In this document: positions 28,279 to 36,188 of the stretch, piece after piece
Position numbering within the stretch: position 1 is the first letter of the stretch
Layout: every line of letters starts with the position of its first letter
DNA from: Candidatus Dadabacteria bacterium UBA1144
Lineage (GTDB): Bacteria > Desulfobacterota_D > UBA1144
Direction: 5' to 3'
NCBI GenBank assembly: GCA_905181755.1
Contig: CAJIYY010000022.1
Location: 1-36,233, forward strand
Length of the DNA: 36,233 bases
Notes under the pieces: model-generated
Seen by the model: the letters and a program-made list of their open reading frames with translations, nothing else
Databases searched by the model: none
What the model was told of the DNA's origin: nothing
Program-made: the position numbers and the translations under genes

Positions 28279-29179
28279 TGTGAATCTCTCCTCTTTTTGC
28301 AGACAACTCAACTTGTTTTTGTCTCTCCTTGGATCTTCCAAGTTTTTCCTTAGATAGACCACCGTGACACTTGGGGCAAGATATACCTTTCTTGTATTTA
28401 GGATTACTCGTTTCGTCTTTCCTTAAAGGCTCACCACATCCATTACAATTCAAATAACTCCCTTCTTTTAAATCGTGCTCTATAGAAACTCGATTATCAA
28501 AAACAAAGCACTCACCTATCCACTTGGAATCTTTTCTTGGAACTGTTTCTAAATATTTTATTATCCCACCCTTCAAATGAAAAACTTCTTTAAAACCAGT
28601 CTTCAGCAAATATGCGCTTGCCTTTTCACATCTTATTCCACCAGTGCAAAACATAGCAATCTTTGTATCTTTTTTAACTTTGTACTTATTTATAAAACCC
28701 GGAAATTCTTTAAAATTTCTTACTTGTGGCAAAATGGCATTATGAAAAGTCCCAATAGATGTCTCATACTTATTTCTGGTATCAATTAAGATTAAATTTT
28801 CTTCAGCGATTAGATCATTCCAATCTTTAGGTTCAACATAGGTGCCGACAACCTCATTAGGGTTAGACAATTCCGGATACCCTAAGCTAATAAGCTCCTT
28901 TTTAATTTTTATTCTCAGCCTATTAAAAGGTTTTGATACAGAAGTAGAGAATTTAAAGTCCTCTAAGGCGAAATCTAATTTTTGGAAAAAATTTGTTACA
29001 ATTTCAATTGAGTCCTGAGATCCTGCAAGCATTCCATTGACTCCTTCTTTGGAGATAATAATTGTCCCTAAAACTGAGCATCTTCTGCAAAGAACAAAAA
29101 GCTGGTCACTTAATAAACCAGGGTCCTCTAAAGGAGTGAATTTGTAGAAACTAACTAATTGATAATTCGCCTTATTCAT
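28268..29179 (-). CDS. trhO: Rhodanese-domain tRNA uridine(34) hydroxylase (TrhO/YceA, UPF0176)
   Basis: SFYKFTPLEDP at the N-terminus, the rhodanese active loop FCTGGIRCEKASAYL, and a C-terminal Cys-rich zinc-ribbon-like tail (CNGCGEP...CPKCHGG) are present. Confidence 0.8.
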   Translation of the reverse strand: MNKANYQLVSFYKFTPLEDPGLLSDQLFVLCRRCSVLGTIIISKEGVNGMLAGSQDSIEIVTNFFQKLDFALEDFKFSTSVSKPFNRLRIKIKKELISLGYPELSNPNEVVGTYVEPKDWNDLIAEENLILIDTRNKYETSIGTFHNAILPQVRNFKEFPGFINKYKVKKDTKIAMFCTGGIRCEKASAYLLKTGFKEVFHLKGGIIKYLETVPRKDSKWIGECFVFDNRVSIEHDLKEGSYLNCNGCGEPLRKDETSNPKYKKGISCPKCHGGLSKEKLGRSKERQKQVELSAKRGEIHIGQ

Positions 29180-29185
29180 TAAAAA

Positions 29186-29204
29186 TTAATAATATCATAT
29201 TATT
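29186..29204. promoter_or_regulatory. Perfect 9-1-9 AT-rich inverted repeat in the trhO/cys divergent region (candidate operator or RNA hairpin)
   Basis: TAATAATAT-C-ATATTATTA. It lies 7 nt upstream of the trhO ATG and 15 nt upstream of the predicted cys -35. AT-only palindromes arise easily in AT-rich DNA. Confidence 0.25.
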
Positions 29205-29218
29205 ATTTTTTAAAAAAC

Positions 29219-29248
29219 TTGCTGTTATATTAAACATAGTGCTATAAT
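29219..29248 (+). promoter_or_regulatory. Putative sigma70-type promoter of the cys leader/operon
   Basis: TTGCTG (29219-29224), an 18-nt spacer, then TGc-TATAAT (extended -10; hexamer 29243-29248). Confidence 0.4.
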
Positions 29249-29362
29249 TTAATTGTCGTCATTTAACTCTACTTGCAACGACATAAAATAAATGCTAAAC
29301 AGGGTAAGGATGCTGCTCAGTGTCTTTCTCTTTGAGTTACAAATTAAATTGTGGAGTTTGTT

Positions 29363-29449
29363 ATGATTAATGTTCAAAATCTTTTATCTGTAACAGAGAT
29401 TATTTCTTGTTACTTTAAGCACTCAAACTCTTGTTGTTGTAACAAATAA
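29363..29449 (+). CDS. Candidate leader peptide (28 aa) rich in Cys codons: MINVQNLLSVTEIISCYFKHSNSCCCNK
   Basis: My own translation; the ORF is below the ORF-track size cutoff. GGAG (29353-29356) lies 6 nt upstream of the ATG. There are four Cys codons, three of them consecutive TGT (29432-29440), and tandem TAA TAA stops. It sits in the leader of the cysteine-biosynthetic sulfate-assimilation operon. Confidence 0.4.
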   Translation: MINVQNLLSVTEIISCYFKHSNSCCCNK

Positions 29450-29563
29450 TAAAATAAGTCTAATTTGATATTTCGAATTAACGACTTTACGAACCGGCGA
29501 AAAATTTCGTCCGATATATCAAATTGATATCACTTTTTAATATTAAAACCTTGGAGGGTTTAA

Positions 29564-31252
29564 ATGAAAGAAGTAAAATTAGTAAAAAATGAAGGAATAA
29601 AAGAATCAAGTGATGGGTTACGGGGAACTATCGAAAACGAGTTAATTGATGAAAGTACAATCAAATTTTCCTCTGATAACGAGCAGGTTCTTAAGTTTCA
29701 TGGGATTTACCAGCAAGATGATAGAGATAAAAGAAAATCGCTGCAGAAGGCTGGCCTAGAAAAAGACTATAGCTTTATGATTAGAACGAAGAACCCAGGT
29801 GGCGGGAATATAAGCCCAGAGCAATGGGTCATAATGGATGAAATTACAAATGAGTGGGCAAATCCAACATTAAGAATTACGACTAGAGAATGTTTTCAAT
29901 TTCATGGGATTGGCAAGAAAAATCTTAAGAAATTAGTAAACGCATTAAATGAGAATCTCATAACTTCCTATGGTGCCTGTGGAGATATAGTAAGGAATAC
30001 GGTGGCATCACCAATATCTGATATTAGAGAGGATCTAAGCTACGATGCTCAGTCCTTAGCAAGGGAGATTGACAAGGAGACCCTAGCTAAGTCAAGAGGC
30101 TACTACGAGATTTGGGTTGATGGAGAGAAGGTCCTAACTAAGAAGAATCAAGATAAAATTGAAGAAGACTCCTTATACAAGAAGGCCTATCTTCCTAGAA
30201 AATTTAAAATCGGCGTTGGTCACCAGCTCGATAATTCAATTGACATCTACACTCAAGATATAGGAATTCTTCCGATAGTAGATGGAGAACAAAAATACTT
30301 TAATATCTTAGTCGGTGGAGGTTTAGGAAGTCACCATAGACAGAAGCAAACTTTCCCTAGACTTGCTGATGAGCTAGGAATGTGTCAGGAAGATCAAGTA
30401 TTAGAGGTCGTGAGGGCCATAATAAGCATCCAAAGAGACCATGGTGTGAGGACTAACAGAAAACAAGCAAGAATGAAATATCTGTTAGAGGATTGGGGTG
30501 TAGAAAAGTTTAGGAGCGAACTAGAGCTTAGGCTAGGATTCAAGCTAGAAACATATATCAAAAAATCTCTTACTAAGTTGGATAATTACTACGGGTGGCA
30601 CAAGCAGAAACAAGAGGGGAAATTTTATTGCGGAATTTTTATTGAAAATGGTCGTATTAAGGATACAGACTCAGTAAAACTTAAGTCCGGGCTTAGGGAA
30701 ATAATTCATAAATATAAGGTTGAAACTAGATTAACTGCAACACAAGATTTGATCTTAGTAAATGTTAACAAAGATGATGTTCAAGGGATAAAAGACCTGT
30801 TAAAGAAGAATAGTATAGATACAAACGAAAAATACTCTAACTTAAGATTAGCTTCAATGGCCTGCCCTGCTTTGCCAACATGTAGTCTTGCAGTTGCAGA
30901 AGCCGAAAGATTCCTTCCTTCTTTGATTGACGAGCTTGACCTTAGGGGCCTCGGGGGTGAGAAAATTAAAATCAGAATGAGCGGGTGTCCGAATTCATGC
31001 TCAAGACCTCCTGTCTCTGAGATAGGACTTATAGGGGCAACAGCAAATAAATATAATATTTATTTGGGTGGGGATTTCTATGGCACAAGGCTAAACAAAC
31101 TATTTATGGAACTAGTTGATGATTTCGAACTTGCAGATAAAATTTCTAAGTTAATAAATTACTGGAAACAAAATAGAGAGACTACAGAAGAGCCTTTTGG
31201 AGATTTTTGCAATAAGAAAGATTTTGAAATATTAAGGAGTGTAGTGGAATAG
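29564..31252 (+). CDS. cysI: Assimilatory sulfite reductase hemoprotein (siroheme/[4Fe-4S] beta-component)
   Basis: The N-terminus E..K..S..LRGTI...L, FHGIYQQDDRD and the siroheme-FeS cysteines (ACPALPTC...; SGCPNSCSRP) are present. Strong SD GGAGG 6 nt upstream. Confidence 0.9.
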   Translation: MKEVKLVKNEGIKESSDGLRGTIENELIDESTIKFSSDNEQVLKFHGIYQQDDRDKRKSLQKAGLEKDYSFMIRTKNPGGGNISPEQWVIMDEITNEWANPTLRITTRECFQFHGIGKKNLKKLVNALNENLITSYGACGDIVRNTVASPISDIREDLSYDAQSLAREIDKETLAKSRGYYEIWVDGEKVLTKKNQDKIEEDSLYKKAYLPRKFKIGVGHQLDNSIDIYTQDIGILPIVDGEQKYFNILVGGGLGSHHRQKQTFPRLADELGMCQEDQVLEVVRAIISIQRDHGVRTNRKQARMKYLLEDWGVEKFRSELELRLGFKLETYIKKSLTKLDNYYGWHKQKQEGKFYCGIFIENGRIKDTDSVKLKSGLREIIHKYKVETRLTATQDLILVNVNKDDVQGIKDLLKKNSIDTNEKYSNLRLASMACPALPTCSLAVAEAERFLPSLIDELDLRGLGGEKIKIRMSGCPNSCSRPPVSEIGLIGATANKYNIYLGGDFYGTRLNKLFMELVDDFELADKISKLINYWKQNRETTEEPFGDFCNKKDFEILRSVVE

Positions 31253-32137
31253 ATGAACAAAGTTTCATATCTAAAAGAGCTTGAAAGTGAGTCAATATTT
31301 ATACTCAGAGAGGTTGTAGCAGAATTTAAAAACCCTGTAATGCTATATTCCGTTGGTAAGGATTCAAGTGTAATGCTTCATTTAGCTAGAAAGGCATTCT
31401 TTCCTTCTAAGATTCCCTTTCCACTTCTTCACGTAGATACAGGTTATAAATTTAGAGAAATGTACGAATTCAGAGACTCTTTTGCAAAAGAGATTGGAGC
31501 AAACTTGATCGTCCATAGAAATGAAGATGCAATAAGCAAAGAGTTTCACCCGTCAAAAAATGGGGTGGCAAAATGCTGTGGGGCATTAAAGACTCAAGCT
31601 CTACTAGACGCACTAAGTAAATATAATTTTAATGCTGCAATAGGTGGAGCCAGAAGAGACGAGGAAAAATCAAGAGCCAAGGAAAGAGTCTTTTCATTTA
31701 GAGACTCCTTTGGACAATGGGACCCCAAGTCTCAAAAACCTGAACTCTGGAATATTTATAATGGTGAAATTGATGAAAATGAATCTGTTAGGGTTTTCCC
31801 TTTATCGAGTTGGACAGAAGTTGACATATGGAACTACATAAAGCACGAAGAAATTAAAATTGTTCCATTATATTTTGCAAAAAAAAGGAATGTGATAGTC
31901 CAAGGTAAAAACTTGATACCTTCAGATAGTCTAAAAAATAATGAATCAATTCAAGTTGAATCTAGATTTAGAACATTAGGCTGTATGCCATGCACTGGGG
32001 CAGTCAGATCTAATGCTACCAATATAGAGATGCTTATACAGGAAACTGTCGAAGCAAAAAGAAGTGAACGAGAGACAAGAATAATTGACCATGGCTCCAA
32101 CTCAATGGAAGACAAGAAAAAGGAGGGGTACTTCTAA
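31253..32137 (+). CDS. cysD: Sulfate adenylyltransferase subunit 2
   Basis: [12 protein letters not shown], the PP-loop [12 protein letters not shown], and [15 protein letters not shown] are present. It starts immediately after the cysI stop. Confidence 0.9.
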   Translation: MNKVSYLKELESESIFILREVVAEFKNPVMLYSVGKDSSVMLHLARKAFFPSKIPFPLLHVDTGYKFREMYEFRDSFAKEIGANLIVHRNEDAISKEFHPSKNGVAKCCGALKTQALLDALSKYNFNAAIGGARRDEEKSRAKERVFSFRDSFGQWDPKSQKPELWNIYNGEIDENESVRVFPLSSWTEVDIWNYIKHEEIKIVPLYFAKKRNVIVQGKNLIPSDSLKNNESIQVESRFRTLGCMPCTGAVRSNATNIEMLIQETVEAKRSERETRIIDHGSNSMEDKKKEGYF

Positions 32138-32138
32138 G

Positions 32139-33392
32139 ATGGTAGACAACACAGAAATCCTGAGATTTGCTACAGCTGGTAGCGTTGACGATGGAAAGTC
32201 AACGCTGATAGGTAGACTACTTTATGATTCTAAAGAAATATTCTTAGATCAACTTGAAGCCCTAGAAGAGGACTCAAAATCTAAGAACTTAGATACGATT
32301 GATCTCGCTCATCTTACAGACGGTCTTAAGGATGAACGAGAACAAGGGATAACTATAGATGTAGCTTATAGGTATTTCTCAACTCCAAAAAGAAAGTTCA
32401 TTATTGCAGATACTCCAGGTCATGAGGAATATACTAGGAATATGTTCACAGGAGCAAGCAACTCAAGCTTAGCAATTATACTGATTGATTCAAGGAAAGG
32501 CGTATTAAGGCAATCAAGAAGACATCTCTACATAAGCTATTTATTAGGAATTAAGAATATAATTGTTGCTGTAAATAAAATGGATCTAGTCAATTATAGT
32601 AGAGAGAAATTTTTATCAATAAGACAAGACTTTAAGGAAATATCCAAGGACCTTTCTATTGAATCTATTAACTTTGTTCCTCTATCAGCTCTAAATGGAG
32701 ACATGATTGTTCGTAGAGGGACCAATTTGCCCTGGTACAAAGGGGAAACTCTAATTTCCTTACTAGAGAACGTTAATCTTAAAAAAGAAAGTAACACTGG
32801 TCAAAACTGCTTTCCTGTTCAGCTTATATCTAGAGTGGACAATGAAGATGTAAAAGATTTTAGGGGCTACATGGGAACAGTAACATCAGGTAGGTTTAAA
32901 ATTGGTGAGAAGATTAAAGTTTTACCTAGTAAAAAAGAATCAGTAATAAAAAATATTTTAGTATCAGATTCGTACTCTGAAGAAATAAATAAAAACCAAT
33001 CAGGGACTATACTTCTAGAGGATGAAATTGAAATCTCACGAGGCGATTTAATTGCCAATGTAGAGTATTATCCAAGAACTAGTAGCGTAATAAATTGTCA
33101 GGTATGTTGGATGAGCAATGAAGCTCTAGTTCTAGATAAAAAATATCTCATTAAACATTCTAATAAAATTTCTAAGGCTATAGTAACAAAAATAATAAAT
33201 AAAGTTGATATTGAATCACTAAAAGAGACAGACTCATCTAATAGCTTAGAAATGAATGATATTGGAAAAGTCGAAATAAAGATTCAAAATCAAATTGTAA
33301 ACGACTCCTATGAATCGAATAGGAACTTAGGATCATTAATTATAATTGATATTGAATCAAACAATACAGTTGGTGCTGGAATTATAGAATAA
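32139..33392 (+). CDS. cysN: Sulfate adenylyltransferase subunit 1 (GTPase), no fused APS-kinase domain
   Basis: GSVDDGKSTLIGRLL (G1), DTPGHEEY (G3) and NKMD (G4) are present. The ATG at 32139 follows the cysD stop by 1 nt; the track N-terminal extension from 32085 overlaps cysD. The protein ends after the EF-Tu-like domains (about 417 aa). Confidence 0.9.
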   Translation: MVDNTEILRFATAGSVDDGKSTLIGRLLYDSKEIFLDQLEALEEDSKSKNLDTIDLAHLTDGLKDEREQGITIDVAYRYFSTPKRKFIIADTPGHEEYTRNMFTGASNSSLAIILIDSRKGVLRQSRRHLYISYLLGIKNIIVAVNKMDLVNYSREKFLSIRQDFKEISKDLSIESINFVPLSALNGDMIVRRGTNLPWYKGETLISLLENVNLKKESNTGQNCFPVQLISRVDNEDVKDFRGYMGTVTSGRFKIGEKIKVLPSKKESVIKNILVSDSYSEEINKNQSGTILLEDEIEISRGDLIANVEYYPRTSSVINCQVCWMSNEALVLDKKYLIKHSNKISKAIVTKIINKVDIESLKETDSSNSLEMNDIGKVEIKIQNQIVNDSYESNRNLGSLIIIDIESNNTVGAGIIE

Positions 33393-34369
33393 TGGAAATT
33401 CTATTAATTTCTCTATTAAGCCTCTTGCTGGCTTTTAACATTGGAGCAAACAACGCCGCCTCCTCAATGGCTACAGTATATGGCTCGAAGATGCTCTCCA
33501 AGCTTGGGACTATGTCGCTCGTTTTCATCTTTGTATTCCTCGGTGCATCTTTCGGTGGAGAGAAAGTAGTAGAAACTGTAGGAAAAGGAATACTGCAGAT
33601 TGATTTTATTAAAATAGAAAATTCGCTTATATATCTCATACTAATTATTCCAATATTATGTATTTTAGTTGCAAATAGATCAAAAATACCAATCGCTACA
33701 ACTCACATAGTAGTTTGTACGATATTTGGAATCGGCTTAAGTCTGAACTCTATCAATGTAGACAAGGCGCAAGAAATTATAATTTGGTGGGTAGTTACTC
33801 CAATTGCCATATGGCTACTTAACTACTTGATTGGGAAATATCTCTACTTCGAAATAATTGACAAGCTGATCAACATGAACGGAAGGCGTACACAAAAGAT
33901 AAACCAATCACTCAAGTTTCTGTTAATTACTTCTGCATGTTTTCTAGCACTATTTGCAGGGGCAAATAACGCAGCGAATGCTGCAGCTCCTATAGTAGGA
34001 CTAGACTTAATCTCTGCCAAAGATGCGGCACTTATATCAGGATTTTTTATGGCACTTGGAGCTCTAATATTTGGAGGCGGGATTATGGAAAAAATTGCAA
34101 CCAAAATCACCTCTCTTTCAATTGTAAGAGCAATTTCGGTTAATTTCACAGCTGGAACGTTCCTTGCTTTCGCCTCTTTCTACGGTATTCCTATTTCTAT
34201 GGCAGAAATAATTACATCAGGGATAATTGGTTTTTCCTGCTCTTCAACAGGTTTCAAAGAAACTTTTAAAAAGAAAAGCGTTGCTCAAATTGTTGCATTC
34301 TGGATATTCACTCCGATTGTATGTGTTGTTATATCATTTCTTGTCACGAATGCTTTGGTTAAAGGATAA
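33392..34369 (+). CDS. PiT (PHO4) family anion permease, probable sulfate permease (CysP-like)
   Basis: Two internally repeated signature segments are present: FNIGANNAASSMATVYG (N-terminal) and FAGANNAANAAAPIVG (C-terminal). About 9-10 TM segments, with a TAATG overlap onto cysN. It is embedded in the cys operon, like the Bacillus subtilis PiT-family sulfate permease CysP. Confidence 0.7.
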   Translation: MEILLISLLSLLLAFNIGANNAASSMATVYGSKMLSKLGTMSLVFIFVFLGASFGGEKVVETVGKGILQIDFIKIENSLIYLILIIPILCILVANRSKIPIATTHIVVCTIFGIGLSLNSINVDKAQEIIIWWVVTPIAIWLLNYLIGKYLYFEIIDKLINMNGRRTQKINQSLKFLLITSACFLALFAGANNAANAAAPIVGLDLISAKDAALISGFFMALGALIFGGGIMEKIATKITSLSIVRAISVNFTAGTFLAFASFYGIPISMAEIITSGIIGFSCSSTGFKETFKKKSVAQIVAFWIFTPIVCVVISFLVTNALVKG

Positions 34370-34371
34370 AA

Positions 34372-35085
34372 ATGAAAGATATAGAAAAATTTTATAAAAG
34401 AGCAGTTAAAGAACGAAGTGCTAATTCTACAGAAGAATTATTAAATTTTATATCAGATAGTCATGGGAGCAAAGTGCAAATTGCCTCAAGCCTGGGTGCT
34501 GAAGATGTAGTCTTAATTGATATAATGAAGAGAAGGAATCTGGAGATAGACGTCTTTACTATAGATACAGGTCGACTAAATCAAGAAACTTATGATTTAA
34601 TTGATGAGATTTCTTCAAGATATGAGATTAAGATAAATATCCTGCTTCCTGAGCCTCTTGATGTAAAAGAGATGGTTGAGAAGAAGGGCATGAATCTCTT
34701 TTACGAATCAACTGAGAATAGAAAACTATGTTGTGACATTAGGAAAGTTAAACCCTTGAATAGACACTTGTCAGAATTAGATGCTTGGATTAGTGGTATC
34801 AGAAGTGAGCAAAATCAAAACAGACTTAGGTCTAAGAGAATAGAGCTTGAGCATAGAGATAAACTCATCATCAAATACAATCCACTATTGGATTGGACAT
34901 ACAAGCAAATCTTTGACTATATCAAAGAGAACAATGTTCCCTACAATAAGCTGCACGACTTAGGTTATCCATCAATTGGTTGCCTACCTTGTACTCGTTC
35001 AGTAAAACAAGGAGATAAAAATAGGTCTGGCAGATGGTATTGGGAAGAAGAAAGTAATACTGAGTGCGGGTTGCATGAAAATTAA
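34372..35085 (+). CDS. cysH: Adenylyl-sulfate (APS) / PAPS reductase, thioredoxin-dependent; Fe-S-type cysteine pattern suggests APS reductase
   Basis: The C-terminal catalytic ECGLH is present, plus the CC pair (RKLCCDIRKVKPL) and CxxC (SIGCLPCT) that ligate the [4Fe-4S] cluster in assimilatory APS reductases. Confidence 0.85.
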   Translation: MKDIEKFYKRAVKERSANSTEELLNFISDSHGSKVQIASSLGAEDVVLIDIMKRRNLEIDVFTIDTGRLNQETYDLIDEISSRYEIKINILLPEPLDVKEMVEKKGMNLFYESTENRKLCCDIRKVKPLNRHLSELDAWISGIRSEQNQNRLRSKRIELEHRDKLIIKYNPLLDWTYKQIFDYIKENNVPYNKLHDLGYPSIGCLPCTRSVKQGDKNRSGRWYWEEESNTECGLHEN

Positions 35086-35219
35086 AGTAAAAAGGGCGAA
35101 AAAAAAGATTGAGTTTTAGTGCTAATCTCTTAGCTTTCTACGTGAGACAAACTATTTTATCTCTAACTCAACCTGATGTATACAACTTACATAAAAGGAG
35201 ACTACTTGTCAACCATTTT

Positions 35220-36188
35220 TTAAACTTCTTTTGCTTCAGATATCTCCTCAGGAACAAAGATACTCCCTATAGGCAGTAAAAGTGCATCTCCTAGAACAGT
35301 TACCACTCTAAAAATCAATATACCAATAGTTGGGTCATCTGGTCCATATATAGGAGCCAATAGAGCTATAACTATAAATTCCCTTATTCCGATACCACCT
35401 GGTGCTCCCGGAATGATAAACATTCCAAGCCAAGTAATAGTAAAGAGGGATACAACATAAAGGTATCCAATATCCATACCAAGAAGATTCGAAAAAACAA
35501 AAAATTCAAGTGATCCCATTCCAAAGAAGAAACAAACAAGTAATACAAAGAGTTTTAATATTCTCATTATATTTCCTGAAGAAAGTGAAGTTTTGTAATT
35601 CCTTAGTGCCTTAAATAAATAGAAAATTATAGCCAAAGCACCAAAAATTAAGATACCAAACGAAAACGCTTTAACTTTACCTCCAGAAAAATCTCTAATT
35701 TTGGATATTAATTCGTCAGATAGAGAAAAAGCTCCAATATAGACAGAGGTTAAAACGATTATAAGACCAATCAAGACCATAAAGACTATCTCAAGAAAAT
35801 AACTCTGAACAACGTTCGCTTTAGAAGGGCCAAGTTTAGTGGCAAAATATATCCTAGCAACAACATGCATTAAATTTGAAGGTATATATTTATAAATTTG
35901 AGTTTTTGTATAAATTCCAATGATTCTCCACTTAGGTAGGTCAGAGCCATGAAGTAATTCAAGCATATACCTCCAACCAGTTGCCAGAAAACCCATTAGA
36001 AGAACATAGATAGATATAAAAATTAAAATTATAGGAATCCACGAATAGCTTATTTTTTCTTTAGCTGCTTCAAGGTCAATATTTACAACATATTTATAAA
36101 CAAAGTACAAAGCTAGGAAGCTAACTACATATCCCAGGTACTCTATTACTCTTTTCTTAAGAGTCTTCTTCTGTTTTTGACTGTCCAA
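35220..36188 (-). CDS. UPF0104 / lysylphosphatidylglycerol-synthase-TM-like (flippase-like) membrane protein
   Basis: 322 aa with about 8 TM segments and the conserved IPGAPGGIGIREF motif near the C-terminal third. TTG start at 36188 with GGAG 7 nt upstream. Confidence 0.65.
   Translation of the reverse strand: MDSQKQKKTLKKRVIEYLGYVVSFLALYFVYKYVVNIDLEAAKEKISYSWIPIILIFISIYVLLMGFLATGWRYMLELLHGSDLPKWRIIGIYTKTQIYKYIPSNLMHVVARIYFATKLGPSKANVVQSYFLEIVFMVLIGLIIVLTSVYIGAFSLSDELISKIRDFSGGKVKAFSFGILIFGALAIIFYLFKALRNYKTSLSSGNIMRILKLFVLLVCFFFGMGSLEFFVFSNLLGMDIGYLYVVSLFTITWLGMFIIPGAPGGIGIREFIVIALLAPIYGPDDPTIGILIFRVVTVLGDALLLPIGSIFVPEEISEAKEV

Noticed and set aside
29310-29366. A second small upstream ORF (MLLSVFLFELQIKLWSLL) whose TGA overlaps the ATG of the Cys-rich leader ORF (ATGA).
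   Set aside because: The only purine-rich stretch (AAGG) abuts the ATG with essentially no spacing, so initiation is doubtful. The peptide has no informative composition. It is noted only because translational coupling to the Cys-rich ORF cannot be excluded.
29250-29563. A known riboswitch (SAM-I/S-box, SAM-II/V) or a Cys T-box in the cys leader.
   Set aside because: I could not find the conserved T-box sequence (AGGGTGGTACCGCG-like), a specifier-loop/terminator architecture, or S-box core motifs. I cannot run covariance models, so this is a by-eye rejection and Rfam cmscan should confirm it.
32085-32138. An N-terminal extension of cysN given in the ORF track ([18 protein letters not shown]).
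   Set aside because: It lies entirely within the 3' end of cysD. The ATG at 32139 follows the cysD stop directly and yields the canonical CysN N-terminus just ahead of the G1 motif.
1704-34149. Short ORFs from the six-frame track that lie inside or antisense to larger genes. They are 1704-1910, 3262-3447, 7049-7231, 7249-7437, 8394-8771, 9722-9931, 10015-10272, 12894-13151, 16274-16630, 19019-19234, 19629-19820, 21299-21523, 22513-22722, 25968-26270, 26412-26693, 27562-27774, 28577-28789, 31644-31841, 32594-32797, 32867-33058, 33382-33639 and 33844-34149.
   Set aside because: Each is embedded in a longer ORF that has clear family motifs. The translations are low-complexity (Ser/Leu/Ile/Phe-rich), as expected from antisense reading of AT-rich coding DNA. 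None has a convincing SD or a recognisable motif.
35121-35137. A small hairpin, GCTAA-TCTC-TTAGC followed by TTT, as the cysH terminator. Also a longer TTGAGTT/AACTCAA pairing in the 134-nt convergent gap.
   Set aside because: The stem is only 5 bp with a short T-run, and the long-range pairing is imperfect with a loop of about 45 nt. This is too weak to annotate as a terminator without folding energies.
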